From a virus (taxonomy: Duplodnaviria; Caudoviricetes), in the IMG/VR virus record IMGVR_UViG_3300037100_000032, positions 1 through 55,256 of that record: 55,256 nt of DNA. The stretch is one strand, 5' to 3'. The first letter of the stretch is position 1. Each line of letters begins with the position of its first letter. A program made the translations under genes and the position numbers. This document shows, piece after piece, positions 35,630 to 47,015 of the stretch. Under the pieces are notes generated by a model that had not been told where the DNA came from, searched no databases, and saw only the letters and a list, made by a program, of their open reading frames with translations.

Positions 35630-35808
35630 TGGGCCTGTCAACTGGGATGGGCCTGTGGGGTCAAACCGAAGGTCTTTGGGGTGGCACTGAAGGATTAGCG
35701 CCAGGCGCTGGGTTGTCACCTATACCGCCGCAGTCAAAAGGCATTACCACTGATGCTGGCGTTCAGATTACTACCGATTCGGGGCAGGCAATTGAAACAA
35801 GTAATTAA
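35629..35808 (+). CDS. 59-aa fibre-adaptor-like peptide (below ORF-track cutoff)
   Basis: MGLSTGMGLWG...ITTDAGVQITTDSGQAIETSN; TAATG coupling. Confidence 0.6.
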   Translation: MGLSTGMGLWGQTEGLWGGTEGLAPGAGLSPIPPQSKGITTDAGVQITTDSGQAIETSN

Positions 35809-38575
35809 AGCTCTGGTGTTGATGCTGCTGCCGCTTTCCGCTTGGTCGCAGGTCAAGGTCAATGCGTTGCCGTCGGGAAGCACGCCGTCAAGTGGCGACT
35901 ACACGATTTGCGATCAGTCTGGAACGACGAATAAATGCACGATGGCGCAGGTGGCGACGTTTGTGGGTGGGAACTTGCCAGCGCAAGCGGCGGGGACGGT
36001 GTTGGGCAACTGCACTACAGCCACCGGGGTGCCGACTGCATGTACAGGCTATCCAGTGACAGAAGTTCCGCTAACTGCAGCGGGAACAATGGCACTGAAT
36101 GGCACTACGGACGATTCGGCGGCGTTCAACACATTTGAGGCATCGCTGCCAGCAAATACGATCATGGTCGTGCCTGCCGGTGCGATTATTGGCACGACTA
36201 CGACATTAAATCTAAGCGTGGTGGGGCACGTTTTGAAATTTGAATCTGGCGCAAAAATATCAGCATTAAACGGGCTAACATCCACGTATTTGTTAAACAT
36301 GAGCGCCAACAACACAGGGACTATCAATGCCGAAATAAACGGGAATGTCACTAACCAAACAAATTTAGTGGGCGCATGGGAAATAACTGGAAGCCCGACT
36401 GGGATAACAATGTCCGGTCTTACTTATGTGCACGATCTAAATTGGTACGGCGGATATGCATACGACGCTGCACAAGTAACCGTAGAGAATTATTACGGCT
36501 ACAACATCAAATACCCTTGCTTTTTTGCTGACAATAATGCAAACACAGCCCAAGCCCAAATCTACATTAAGAAAATATTTTGCAATCGTTCAATGGTGGC
36601 GGCTAGCGGAAATACATGGCCGTCGGTGCAAATTTTGGGAACTTCAACCTACCCGACTATCCTTCAACAAAACAACACTACGCTGTTCAATGTAATCAAC
36701 CCTGCGGCGTCCGGGTCGGAGGGAGAAGAAGTCAGATACTCAAATGGATCAATAGATAATTTTGAGTCAAATGACGGCGGCATCTGTCTATCTTTGGGAT
36801 TTGGCAGCGACGATATCAATATCGCAAACGTTATTTGCAAGGGCGCGAAATATTCTGGGTTTGAAGTGTCTGGCACAGTTACCGGCAATGGTGGTCATGT
36901 AAATGTCAGCAATCTGCACATAGACGGCACCAATTCATCCGCAATAGCCACCACGTCGCGATGCCTTATTTTAGATGGCACAGTGCCTAATGCTATCGTT
37001 AACATATCCAATTTCCGCATAAATGGCTGTACGGACGACATTTTGTATGTCAGTAATTACGCCAGTATTCAGCAATGGTCCGATATATATTTGGTGAATG
37101 GCGACGAAGATGGGACAAGTTTAAACGGGGGCAGTTACGGCCAAGACAATTGCAATTTTTTATCTGGTGGCACAACAGCGGCAGGTGCGCAGCGGGTGCA
37201 TTTCGACAATGTCTGGTGTCATGGTGGGGCGTCGGCAACTCGATTGCTTAAAACTCAAAATGCCAATTATGTATATGGGAACATAGGGGCCGATAATATA
37301 AACGGAACTCTGGTCGATATTGAAGCGGAAGGCTCCGGTTTTAGTTCCGACCACATCAATCTATTTGTCAGCGTTGGTGCGAATAACCCTTCCACGAATC
37401 ATGTAACTACTTCGGCGGTGAGCAGCGGCACTTTTGGAAGCAATATCCAAATTTTCGGCAATGGCCTTGTGGGCAATGTAACTGGGTATACGATAAACTA
37501 TTTGGATTTGGCTGCAGGGCTAATATCCGCATATGGAACTACTTCCCCCAATGGATCGCTAAACGGGGCGTTAGGCTCAACCGCACTTTTGACTAGTGGT
37601 GCTCAATATAAAAATACCAATGGCACAACGGGATGGACGTTGGTTTCTAACGTCAATGGCAGCGTGCCTTACGGACTGACCAATACTCAGGACGTACAAA
37701 CATTCACATCATCGGGAACTTGGACGGCTGTTTCTTCCGCTTACAAAAGTGTATGCATTGATATCGGCGGCGGCGGCGGCGGTGGTGGCTCTGGAGCGCA
37801 AGTCGCGTCGTTAACCAATACGTCAGGCGGCGCAGGAGGCGGTGGTGGCATTTACAAGCACCAATGCTATACGGCATCGCAAATTACGTCACCACAGACC
37901 GTAACGATTGGCAGTGGAGGGGCTGGGGGGGCAGCAACATCAGGGACTGGATCTGGAAATCCTGGAGTTTTTGGTAATAGCACTACATTTGGTTCGCTCG
38001 CTTACGCGCCCGGTGGTGGTGGTGGTGCGGCTGGCGCTGCAGGCACCGCAAGTGGTGGTGGTGGTGGTGGCGGTTTGGGCACAGGCACTACTGGCACAAC
38101 GTCGGGTGGCGCAGGAGGCGGATTTGGCGCTGGCGCTGGTGGTACAAATGGCGCTGGGATATCCGCAGGAGGAGCGGGAGGCGGCGGTGAAGGAAACCTC
38201 GGAACCGGGGTAGCTGGTAGTACTGCGGGCGACTCATATTCCGGCGGTCCGGGCGGTGCGTCGGGGGGAGGTTTGAGTGCGGCTTCTGCATTCAACGGCG
38301 GCAACGGCGGAGTAACAGGGACAGTCTTAAGTAACTCGCGGGCTATTGGTGGCGCGGCCACAGGTGCCAATGGTAATAACGGCGCGAATGTTCCCGGTAT
38401 CGGATGCGGCCAATCTGGCGGTGGCGGCGGAAGTAACGCAAGTGGCACTGGTGGCAACGCAGGAACAAGCGGCTTATGTGCTGGAGGCTCTGGCGGTGGC
38501 GCATCTGTTGGCGCTGCTTCTGGAGCGGGTGCCACTGGCGGCGGCGGGTTTGTCGTAGTTACTACGTACTTTTAA
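35792..38575 (+). CDS. Fibre/spike with beta-helix (pectin-lyase-like) and Gly-rich C-terminal domain
   Basis: GTTDDSAAF, Asn/Ile beta-helix pattern, QTFTSSGTWT...GGGGGGG...VVVTTYF. Confidence 0.8.
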   Translation: MKQVIKALVLMLLPLSAWSQVKVNALPSGSTPSSGDYTICDQSGTTNKCTMAQVATFVGGNLPAQAAGTVLGNCTTATGVPTACTGYPVTEVPLTAAGTMALNGTTDDSAAFNTFEASLPANTIMVVPAGAIIGTTTTLNLSVVGHVLKFESGAKISALNGLTSTYLLNMSANNTGTINAEINGNVTNQTNLVGAWEITGSPTGITMSGLTYVHDLNWYGGYAYDAAQVTVENYYGYNIKYPCFFADNNANTAQAQIYIKKIFCNRSMVAASGNTWPSVQILGTSTYPTILQQNNTTLFNVINPAASGSEGEEVRYSNGSIDNFESNDGGICLSLGFGSDDINIANVICKGAKYSGFEVSGTVTGNGGHVNVSNLHIDGTNSSAIATTSRCLILDGTVPNAIVNISNFRINGCTDDILYVSNYASIQQWSDIYLVNGDEDGTSLNGGSYGQDNCNFLSGGTTAAGAQRVHFDNVWCHGGASATRLLKTQNANYVYGNIGADNINGTLVDIEAEGSGFSSDHINLFVSVGANNPSTNHVTTSAVSSGTFGSNIQIFGNGLVGNVTGYTINYLDLAAGLISAYGTTSPNGSLNGALGSTALLTSGAQYKNTNGTTGWTLVSNVNGSVPYGLTNTQDVQTFTSSGTWTAVSSAYKSVCIDIGGGGGGGGSGAQVASLTNTSGGAGGGGGIYKHQCYTASQITSPQTVTIGSGGAGGAATSGTGSGNPGVFGNSTTFGSLAYAPGGGGGAAGAAGTASGGGGGGGLGTGTTGTTSGGAGGGFGAGAGGTNGAGISAGGAGGGGEGNLGTGVAGSTAGDSYSGGPGGASGGGLSAASAFNGGNGGVTGTVLSNSRAIGGAATGANGNNGANVPGIGCGQSGGGGGSNASGTGGNAGTSGLCAGGSGGGASVGAASGAGATGGGGFVVVTTYF

Positions 38576-38576
38576 T

Positions 38577-38624
38577 ATGGCCAACGAAAAAATCAGTCAA
38601 CTGCCAGCAGGCGCAAATGACTAG
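38577..38624 (+). pseudogene. Remnant 5' end of a fibre gene
   Basis: MANEKISQLPAGAND-stop. Confidence 0.6.
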
Positions 38625-39192
38625 CCGTTTGATCTTCAGCCCCAAAAAGCTTAGTGAGACTTGTTTCACCTCGCCGCCTTTTGACTTTATCTCGAGCCTC
38701 GGCGTGGCCGAAACTATCTCCACCCAGGTCGTAACTGTCTCTGTTTATAGCGGAACCGATCCCGAACCTGCGTCGATGCTGAGTGGCGGCACGGTTGGAG
38801 CTGCCGGTGCCGCTTCTGGGCTTACCATTATGTGCAGCGGCGGTATTGGCGGCAGCGGTGGTGGAGGCGTTTCGGCAACACCTGGCGCGTTTGCGGGCGG
38901 CCTTGCCTCATACAGCAGCACAACCGGCGGCTTAGCAGGCGGCACGGCCGGCAGTGCAGGTAACGCTGGCAACGGAGCGGCTGGTTCAACAACTGGCGTC
39001 ATTACCAGTTTGTTTGTCGGTCAAGGAGGCAGTGGCGGCGGATCTGCTATTTCCACCTTCACGGCTGGAACGGGAGGCGCAGGCTATCAAGGCGGTGGTG
39101 GAGGCGGCGGCGGTTCAGCATTGACAACTGGAACTGCGGCGGCGAGCGGTGCAGGCGGCTCTGGGCTTGTGGTCGTTATCACGACGTACTAA
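38617..39192 (+). CDS. Chimeric adaptor/Gly-rich fibre protein
   Basis: Adaptor-like N-half then abrupt Gly-rich tail ending VVVITTY. Confidence 0.65.
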   Translation: MTSRLIFSPKKLSETCFTSPPFDFISSLGVAETISTQVVTVSVYSGTDPEPASMLSGGTVGAAGAASGLTIMCSGGIGGSGGGGVSATPGAFAGGLASYSSTTGGLAGGTAGSAGNAGNGAAGSTTGVITSLFVGQGGSGGGSAISTFTAGTGGAGYQGGGGGGGGSALTTGTAAASGAGGSGLVVVITTY

Positions 39193-39203
39193 CGCCGTGA
39201 CCC

Positions 39204-42137
39204 ATGCCTAACACTCCAATCTCGGAACTGCCGGCTGGCGGTCCCGCCCAATACGGCGATGAGATTCCCATTGCTCGAGCCGGTGCCAATTACTCACTGA
39301 CGGCGGCGGATCTTGCGGCGTTGGGTGGACCTACGGGCCCCACGGGCGGCACCGGCCCTACGGGTCCATCAGGCGTTGGTCCGACGGGTCCCACGGGCCC
39401 CACCGGGCCGACGGGCCCCACCGGCTCTACAGGTTCCACCGGCACGGGCGCGACGGGTCCCACCGGAGTAGGCGCTACCGGTCCCACAGGCCCTGGAGGC
39501 GCTGCAGGCGGTCCTACAGGCCCCACGGGTCCGCAAGGCGTCACCGGGCCGTCCGGTGGGCCGACGGGTCCTACCGGCCCTACAGGGGCTGCTGGAACCG
39601 CTGGCGCGACAGGTCCCACGGGAGCGGCTGGCGCTGCCGGTGCGACGGGCCCAACGGGCGCTGCGGGTACGGCAGGCGCAACCGGGCCTACAGGTGCTGC
39701 GGGTTCTGCCGGTGCGACAGGACCCACAGGGGCCGCTGGCGCTGCTGGCGCAACCGGCCCTACGGGTGCTGCTGGTGCGGTAGGTGCAACCGGCGCCACA
39801 GGAGCCGCAGGTGCAACGGGACCGACGGGCGCATCAGGGGCCGCCGGTGCGACAGGTGCGACAGGACCTACGGGCGCATCAGGCTCATCGGGTGCCACAG
39901 GTCCCACGGGGCCGGGGTACTACCTTGAGATTACGGGCAGCAACACGCTCGGCACCACCTCACTTATCAGCTCGGGTACCGCTGTATTCGCCGGTGGCTC
40001 CAACATCACGCTGTCGCAGTCCGGCAACTCAATCACGTTCATCGGTGCCTCCGGTGTTACTGCGGGCGCCGCAATATCGGTGGGAGGCAGCAACACCACG
40101 GGTACGCCTTCATTGGTGTCCACCGGAACGGCATTCTTCGCCGGTGGCAGCAATATCACGCTGTCGCAGTCGTCCAATTCAATCAGCATCATTGGCGCGG
40201 CGGCGGGCACGGGCGCCAACACGTCGGCTGGGATCTACGTCACCGGCAATACGGCGGGACAGTCATCTACCAGCACGTATGCGCAGAGCCAACTCAACAT
40301 CTCGGTTGGCGGATTCATTTCGGGCGGCTGGACTAGCAATAGCTTTCTGATTTCTAGTCCGGCGACGACTGGCATTTCGCAGTCCTTGTATGCGGCCGGC
40401 AATACTACGCAGGCATCTACTGCCACGGCCTCAATTGGCTCGCTGGGATTCTCAGGCGCAGGCGGCGTGACGGTCGGCGTCTCAGGCGGATCGGTGTTGA
40501 TCTCTGGCGTCACCGGCGGTGGCATCGCGGCGTCCGTGGGCGGTACCAACACTGCGGGCACGCCCTCGCTCGTATCAACGGGCACGGCATTTTTTGCGGG
40601 CGGCTCTAACATCACGCTGTCTCAATCGTCCAACAGCATTTCCATCATTGGCGCCGCAGCAGGCACCGGCGTTGGCGTCAACTTGGCGGCCAGCAATACG
40701 ACCTACACCGCAGGAACGGTCAATTTCTCCAACGCCAACGGCATTACGTTCGGCTCGAGCGGCGGCACGGCCGTCACCGCGTCCTATAACAGCACGCAGT
40801 TTGCAGGCTCTGGACTGACCACGGCCTCAACGAGCGGCACGGCGCTGGTAGGCACGCAAAACTCCGCTGGGCTGTCGCTTGGCGTCCCGGCGTGGGTTAC
40901 ACAGGGCGTGACCACTGGGGCTCTTTACGTACCCGGCAATACGACCGGCCAATCCTCCACGAGCACCTACGCGCTCTCGGCGCTCAATATCTCGGCCGGC
41001 GGCTTCTTGTCGGCGGGGTGGACCAGCAACAGTTTTGTGATTTCGGCGCCGGGAACGACCGGGATTTCGCAGTCGCTCTACGCGGCCGGTAACACGACGC
41101 AGACCAGCTCGGGCACGGCGTCCATCGGCAGTTTGCTGTTCTCAGGCGCAGGCGGCGTGACGGTAGGGGTCAGTGGGGGCACCGTCTTGATTTCCGGGGC
41201 CACCGGCGGAACGGGCGGAGGCGGCGGTGCTGCGGTTGGCATGTCCACGTTTGGCAACACGGCGGGCACGACGGGTACGTTCTCAAGCGGTACGCTGGCG
41301 TTTGCAGGCGTGGGCGCATTGACGCTTTCGCAGGCAACCGGCACCGCTGGTGGCACGCTGTCTATTAATGCGCCGGCTACCTCCAGCCTGTCCGCAACGG
41401 GCGGCCTCACGATCTCCGTCACGGGTTCAACGATCCAGATTGGGGCTCCTGCTACCTCAAGTCTGTCAGTTACCGGTCAACTGTCCCTGTCCGTGAACGG
41501 CTCCACGATCAGCCTTGGGGCGCCAAACTACGGCACGCTGTCATATTGGGACAATGGATTGCTGAACGGCAGCGCTAACGCAACGCAGATCGGCAACGGC
41601 AGCGTGGTGCTCCAGCCGCTGATTGTGGACGCCAACCTGTCCATTTCGGCCTTGCGTCAGTACATCAGCGGTAGCTTCTCAAGTTCGTCCAACTCAAGCT
41701 ACGCCGCCACAATCTCCGTACAGGCAGGTCTGTACACTCGTACCGGGTCAACCCTGTCGCTTGCTACCTCGGGTTCGCAGAGCTATGCGATCACACAGAC
41801 CTCAAACAACTCAAGTGCCATCCTGACCGGCCTAAAAGGCTTGACTTTGCCGCTCGCCGCCAATATGACGCCGGGCAATTACTGGATGGGAATGTGGTCC
41901 AGCACGGCCTCTGCTAACGCCAATTGGGCGACATTCAGCAACATTTGTGCATCGCAAGGTACTTTGCCGTATAACGGGTTGTTGGGATCATCGTCCAGCG
42001 CTTCGGCGCAAGTTGCCTTGGGCGCTGGGTATTGGTCCGCAACCTCAGCAGCGCTGCCTGCGTCCATCGCGCTGTCGGCCATGACCGGGGCGCCGAACAT
42101 CTACCCGTACCTCAACATCTACAACGTGACCGCCTAA
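39204..42137 (+). CDS. Collagen-like fibre protein 1
   Basis: PISELP N-terminus, ~200 aa GPT/GAT/GAA triplets, repeated [12 protein letters not shown]. Confidence 0.88.
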   Translation: MPNTPISELPAGGPAQYGDEIPIARAGANYSLTAADLAALGGPTGPTGGTGPTGPSGVGPTGPTGPTGPTGPTGSTGSTGTGATGPTGVGATGPTGPGGAAGGPTGPTGPQGVTGPSGGPTGPTGPTGAAGTAGATGPTGAAGAAGATGPTGAAGTAGATGPTGAAGSAGATGPTGAAGAAGATGPTGAAGAVGATGATGAAGATGPTGASGAAGATGATGPTGASGSSGATGPTGPGYYLEITGSNTLGTTSLISSGTAVFAGGSNITLSQSGNSITFIGASGVTAGAAISVGGSNTTGTPSLVSTGTAFFAGGSNITLSQSSNSISIIGAAAGTGANTSAGIYVTGNTAGQSSTSTYAQSQLNISVGGFISGGWTSNSFLISSPATTGISQSLYAAGNTTQASTATASIGSLGFSGAGGVTVGVSGGSVLISGVTGGGIAASVGGTNTAGTPSLVSTGTAFFAGGSNITLSQSSNSISIIGAAAGTGVGVNLAASNTTYTAGTVNFSNANGITFGSSGGTAVTASYNSTQFAGSGLTTASTSGTALVGTQNSAGLSLGVPAWVTQGVTTGALYVPGNTTGQSSTSTYALSALNISAGGFLSAGWTSNSFVISAPGTTGISQSLYAAGNTTQTSSGTASIGSLLFSGAGGVTVGVSGGTVLISGATGGTGGGGGAAVGMSTFGNTAGTTGTFSSGTLAFAGVGALTLSQATGTAGGTLSINAPATSSLSATGGLTISVTGSTIQIGAPATSSLSVTGQLSLSVNGSTISLGAPNYGTLSYWDNGLLNGSANATQIGNGSVVLQPLIVDANLSISALRQYISGSFSSSSNSSYAATISVQAGLYTRTGSTLSLATSGSQSYAITQTSNNSSAILTGLKGLTLPLAANMTPGNYWMGMWSSTASANANWATFSNICASQGTLPYNGLLGSSSSASAQVALGAGYWSATSAALPASIALSAMTGAPNIYPYLNIYNVTA

Positions 42138-42140
42138 CTC

Positions 42141-44996
42141 ATGACCACACTCGTACTCGTCGGCGGCAACATCTTGGGTTCTGGCGGCGTTGTATTCAAC
42201 GTGGGCTCGGGCGGTACGCCGACGGCGTGCGCGACGCCGGTGATTGCCCCGGCGGCTGAACAGTTTTCTTATTCGCAGACGTTTACGATCACGTGCTCCA
42301 CGCCTAGCAGCTCAATCTACTACACGACCAACGGCACGACGCCGACCACAAGCAGTTTTGCGTATAGCGGAGCGGTTACGGTTTTTGCCACCGCGACGGT
42401 GCAAGCGATTGCGACGGCACCGGGGTACACCACCAGCGCGGTGGGTGGGCCTGTTGTGTACACACTGGCGTCCCCTGCGGCAACTCCGACGTTCACCCCT
42501 GCGGGCGGTCCTTACACGACATCTCAGACGTGTGCGATTTCGTGTTCAACGGCTAGTTCAACAATTTACTACACGACCAACGGCACGACGCCGACCCAGA
42601 GTAGCCCGGTCTACTCGGGCTCATTCGCAGTCACTACTGGCATCACGACCGTGCAGGCTGTCGCCATCGCAACGGGTTACAGCTTAAGCAACGTGGGCCA
42701 AGTAACCTACACGATTGGCCAGACAGTCTCTACGCCGGCCTTCGCACCGCCTGCCGGCACGTATGCAAGCGGGCAATCGGTCACGATTAGTTCGCAATCT
42801 GGCGCAACGATCTACTACACGACCGACGGCACGACGCCGACTACCGGCAGTACGCGGTACAACAATGCAATTCAGATCAGCGCGACGACGACTCTAAAAG
42901 CGATTGCGGTGCTCAGTGGGTATTTGAACAGCGCCGTGCAGACTGGAATTTATACGATCACGGTTAATCCGGGGAGGACTCCGTTCCTTAGTTACCCGAA
43001 TTTTTCTAGCACCAGTGGTCTGTTTTTATCCCATTTTGAGACTATTACAGGCAACAAACTTTATTTTCCTACAACGCAACCGGGCCATACGGGCGGGCAA
43101 TGTTGGTACACGGCAGAGACGTTCACTCCCGGTCCGTTTACGACCACGTTTCAGTTCCAATTTCAGGGAGTAGCAGGTACTGCCAGATGTGCTAGTGGAT
43201 TCGTATTTGTATGCCAAAACGTAAGGTTCTCGCCACCCGCCCAATCGGGGTATACCTACACCGGTTTTGGCGGAGATGCCAATTCTTGTGGATACGGCGC
43301 AGGCTCATTGAGCTACGACCAGTATCCTCCGCACGATTCAATGGCAATTAAGTTTGATGTCGGAACTCTTTATGGAAACGAGTGTCCGCCTGGAAAAATC
43401 AATGCATCCCAAACCGGACTTTACGTCAACCAGCCACCAACCTGCGGCCCCGCTCAGAGTTCCTCTTCGCCTGCGCTTCAGCCGGGTAATGATTTGTTCG
43501 CGAGTGGCATTGAATTGGACTCGCAGAACATCACCAACTGCACCATAGTTTACGACGGTTCTTTCGTTACCATGGTCCTTCAAGATACCTCTACGAATGC
43601 TCAGGCCCGCTTCGTGTGGCCTTTGAACATAATACAGAGTTTAAATCCAGAGCAATTGACTGTCGGATTTTCTTGCGGCACTGCAAGGCAAGGCTATTTT
43701 TACCTCTACAACTGGGAATTTTACAATGGGTATCTGACGAGACTGGCATCTCCGACGTTTAGTGTTGCTTCTGGTGAAATCACCGCGCAGAACGTCACGA
43801 TCATCTATCCCAACGGTTCAACGTGTTACTACACGATCAACGGGCTTGCGCCGACAAGTTCTTCTACGCAGTACACCGGACCAATTGCGATCAGCAGCAA
43901 TTCATTCTTGCAGGCGGTCGCGATTCAAGCCGGCTACACCGACAGCAACATCGGTTCTGCGCTCTACAGGGTCGGGACCGCCAATTACATCAACTATTCG
44001 TCTGGATTTTCTAGCTCTAATAATTTAGCGCTGTGCGGTTACGCTTATTTGAGTGGTTCGGCAATCAACCTGACAGACGCTGCAATAGGGCAAACCGGCT
44101 CAGGTGCCGCCGCATGGTTCCCTTCGCAGGTGCCGATTACCAGCTTCACCACGAATTTCACGATTGACTATGGATCAAACGGGGAGGCCATGTGTTTTGT
44201 CATCCAAAATATGCAGCCAGCTATAACGGGACTTACCGGAGTACAAATTACGGGAACTGGCGGTCAAATCTCTTTCAATCAACCGTCCATCCCGGTCAAA
44301 ACAACTGCGACTACTGGCCAGTATGTGACGATTACTGGAACAAACACAGGGAGCGGTTCAATCAGCGGTTATTCAAATCAAGGTATTTACTCAATAAGTG
44401 CAACTAACGGTACTTCAACGGCAACGCTTCAGACAGCTATCGGATGGGATTCGTCAAGTAACCCTGGTAGTCAGATAGGTCCAAATCCAATAACGACGAC
44501 TGCAGGAACGCCAGCAGGATTGACTTTTAGTCAGAACGCTTCAACGTGGTCCGGTGGTCCTACGGCAATCGGCGTTGGCGGTAAGGGATTAGGATACGGA
44601 GGGTTAGATGCTTCAAATACTGCGACTTCAAATCAAGGGCCGGGTTTATTAAACAGCATTGCCATTGCAATAAACCAAGCTAGTGTTAACGGAAGCGACC
44701 CCGGTAATGGGGTAGGACTTTATCAAAATGGGTTAGCCCCTTATGGATCACAAACCTCTACCGGCTTGAACTTTAATGCGGGTGGCACTTGGACCGTCAC
44801 CATTACCTACAGCGGTACGACGCTGAAATTCGAGATGACGAATGGCACCAGCACATATGGCCCTGTCAACTTAAGCACCAACCTCAACATTGCTTCCATA
44901 GTCGGCGGAACGCAAGCCTATGTAGGGTTTACCGCCGGAACTTACGACCATTACGCTCTTACCGCTATCAACTCTTGGACCATGAGTTCACCGTAA
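42141..44996 (+). CDS. Adhesin: CHB_HEX_C/Fn3-like repeats + two L-type lectin domains
   Basis: IYYTTNGTTPT x3 plus variant; FTTTFQF..GFVFV, AYVGFTAGT. Confidence 0.85.
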   Translation: MTTLVLVGGNILGSGGVVFNVGSGGTPTACATPVIAPAAEQFSYSQTFTITCSTPSSSIYYTTNGTTPTTSSFAYSGAVTVFATATVQAIATAPGYTTSAVGGPVVYTLASPAATPTFTPAGGPYTTSQTCAISCSTASSTIYYTTNGTTPTQSSPVYSGSFAVTTGITTVQAVAIATGYSLSNVGQVTYTIGQTVSTPAFAPPAGTYASGQSVTISSQSGATIYYTTDGTTPTTGSTRYNNAIQISATTTLKAIAVLSGYLNSAVQTGIYTITVNPGRTPFLSYPNFSSTSGLFLSHFETITGNKLYFPTTQPGHTGGQCWYTAETFTPGPFTTTFQFQFQGVAGTARCASGFVFVCQNVRFSPPAQSGYTYTGFGGDANSCGYGAGSLSYDQYPPHDSMAIKFDVGTLYGNECPPGKINASQTGLYVNQPPTCGPAQSSSSPALQPGNDLFASGIELDSQNITNCTIVYDGSFVTMVLQDTSTNAQARFVWPLNIIQSLNPEQLTVGFSCGTARQGYFYLYNWEFYNGYLTRLASPTFSVASGEITAQNVTIIYPNGSTCYYTINGLAPTSSSTQYTGPIAISSNSFLQAVAIQAGYTDSNIGSALYRVGTANYINYSSGFSSSNNLALCGYAYLSGSAINLTDAAIGQTGSGAAAWFPSQVPITSFTTNFTIDYGSNGEAMCFVIQNMQPAITGLTGVQITGTGGQISFNQPSIPVKTTATTGQYVTITGTNTGSGSISGYSNQGIYSISATNGTSTATLQTAIGWDSSSNPGSQIGPNPITTTAGTPAGLTFSQNASTWSGGPTAIGVGGKGLGYGGLDASNTATSNQGPGLLNSIAIAINQASVNGSDPGNGVGLYQNGLAPYGSQTSTGLNFNAGGTWTVTITYSGTTLKFEMTNGTSTYGPVNLSTNLNIASIVGGTQAYVGFTAGTYDHYALTAINSWTMSSP

Positions 44997-45659
44997 ATGG
45001 CCATCACCTATCAAGGTAACGCATCAGTCAGTGGTAGCAATTTGCCGCTGACCACCACTGCGTTCACAGAGGCGATCAACACCAATGATCTAATCGTTCT
45101 TTTGGCCTGCCCTGTACAGAACGATGCGATCACCATTGCTGCTTCTGACAACTTGAATAGTGGCAGCTATACAGTCGCGTCCACTGCTAATTACAGTGCG
45201 GGCAGCATGCAAATGACTGTGTTGTACAAAGTGTGCAACGCGTCAGGGAGCGCGGGCACAACGACCATCACAGTAACCGGTTCTGGAGCTTTTTTTACTT
45301 ACGTCGCAGCAATGCACTACAACGGCTTTGTTCAGACGCCCACTCTGATACCTGCTGATGTGACGACAAACAGTGGCAGTTCTGCGACTGGGTTGGCTAC
45401 CGGTTTTAATAACTCGCAAAACAACGAACTCTGTGTTTTATCGTGGTCAGGCGCTAATGGTAGAACCGTGACTACTCCTAGCGGATGGACTCAACGCGAG
45501 TTCGTTGGCACCCAACTATGGACATATGACCAATCGGTGTCTTCCAGCGGCACAGCCATATCCGCCTCATTGACGTTGAGTTCATCAACATTCTGGCAGA
45601 CCAGTGTCGTTGGATTTTACGACGCGCCAGCCGGCGCCGCAATCGCGTGGATAACCTGA
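44997..45659 (+). CDS. Ser/Thr-rich structural protein
   Basis: MAIT...NDLIV...TTPSGWT. Confidence 0.7.
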   Translation: MAITYQGNASVSGSNLPLTTTAFTEAINTNDLIVLLACPVQNDAITIAASDNLNSGSYTVASTANYSAGSMQMTVLYKVCNASGSAGTTTITVTGSGAFFTYVAAMHYNGFVQTPTLIPADVTTNSGSSATGLATGFNNSQNNELCVLSWSGANGRTVTTPSGWTQREFVGTQLWTYDQSVSSSGTAISASLTLSSSTFWQTSVVGFYDAPAGAAIAWIT

Positions 45660-46402
45660 TGTCTAAACCTCAACTGACCATGTACGACGGTCGCGGCGAG
45701 CACAATAAAGACATTGACGCTTCGGTTGCGCGCATCATGCAAGGCGGCTCGTGGAAGCGCCAGCGGGTGATCTTCATCATTCCGTCGGCAGACCTGATCC
45801 CGGCCAAGGTGGCGCTCGCGTACTGGAACCTAGCGTTTCCGCCTAACAACGGCGTGGTCCGCATTCTCGCGCAGGGCATGGAAGTGGGCGACGCCTACTC
45901 AAGCGCAATTGAGCAAGTGCTAGCGCACCCTGATCTTAAGGACTGGGAGTACATCTGCACGGCTGAACACGACAACATGCCGCCAGCCGATGGGCTGATT
46001 AAGCTGATTGAGCACATGGAGGCGCACCCGGAGTTCTCGTGCATCGGCGGCCTTTACTGGACTAAAGGCGCTGGTGGCGTACCGCAGATCTGGGGCGACA
46101 TGAAAGACCCGATCCCTAACTTCAGGCCGCAGCTCCCTGATCCTAATGGCGGCTTGGTGGAGTGCCGTGGCACTGGGATGGGATTTAATCTCTGGCGCAC
46201 AGCGATGTTCAAGGACGAGCGGATCAAGAAACCATGGTTTCGCACGCTTAACGGCAAAGATGGCGTTGGTGTCGGTACACAAGATCTTGTGTTCTGGGGG
46301 GAAGCGAAAAAACACGGGTATCGCTGCGCCGTGGCATGCGATGTGAAAGTTGGCCACTACGATCAAAAAGGTGACTTCGGCATAGCCGATTTCAGTTGGT
46401 GA
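45659..46402 (+). CDS. GT-A fold glycosyltransferase-like protein
   Basis: EHD (DxD variant), GTGMGF, QDL.F, GY...D..VGH. Confidence 0.75.
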   Translation: MSKPQLTMYDGRGEHNKDIDASVARIMQGGSWKRQRVIFIIPSADLIPAKVALAYWNLAFPPNNGVVRILAQGMEVGDAYSSAIEQVLAHPDLKDWEYICTAEHDNMPPADGLIKLIEHMEAHPEFSCIGGLYWTKGAGGVPQIWGDMKDPIPNFRPQLPDPNGGLVECRGTGMGFNLWRTAMFKDERIKKPWFRTLNGKDGVGVGTQDLVFWGEAKKHGYRCAVACDVKVGHYDQKGDFGIADFSW

Positions 46403-46406
46403 ACAT

Positions 46407-47012
46407 ATGAGTGCAGTCATTAAAGAATCTCCCTCACCCATCAAGCTTGACATCGGCTGCGGCCCTAACAAGGCCAACGACCACATCGGCATGGACGCCA
46501 TTGCGTTCCCAGGCGTGGATATCCATCACGACCTTCGCGTGACGCCATGGCCGCTCGCTGACAATTCGGTGGCCAGTTCAAATTGCTCGCATGTCCTTGA
46601 GCACCTGACTAACTTCAACGACAAGTGGGAGCGCGTGCGGTTCTTCAATGAACTGTGGCGAGTGACCGTTCCCGTCAAGCTCAACAGCGCAGGCATTCCA
46701 GAGGAAGGCTTTTGCCGGCTCACGATCCCGCACTGGGCGTCCAACCGGTACTACGGCGATCCTACGCACAAGGAGCCGTTTGGCGAGATGGCGGTTTGCT
46801 ACTTGGACCCTGAGTGGCGGAAGCAGAACGCGCCTCATTCGGACGCTGAGTACAATCCCGACGGCTACAACTGCCACTGGGCTTGCACCTACGACTACAC
46901 GCTGCATCAGGGTTTGGTCGGGCGCAATCAGGAGTACGTTCAGTTTGCGGTGAACTACTTTAAGGAAGCGTGTCAGGACCTGATCATCGTGATGTCGTGT
47001 ATTAAGAAGTAG
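46407..47012 (+). CDS. Class I SAM methyltransferase-like protein
   Basis: KLDIGCG, HDL...PWP..DNS, SHVLEHL, DPTH. Confidence 0.85.
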   Translation: MSAVIKESPSPIKLDIGCGPNKANDHIGMDAIAFPGVDIHHDLRVTPWPLADNSVASSNCSHVLEHLTNFNDKWERVRFFNELWRVTVPVKLNSAGIPEEGFCRLTIPHWASNRYYGDPTHKEPFGEMAVCYLDPEWRKQNAPHSDAEYNPDGYNCHWACTYDYTLHQGLVGRNQEYVQFAVNYFKEACQDLIIVMSCIKK

Positions 47013-47015
47013 GCC

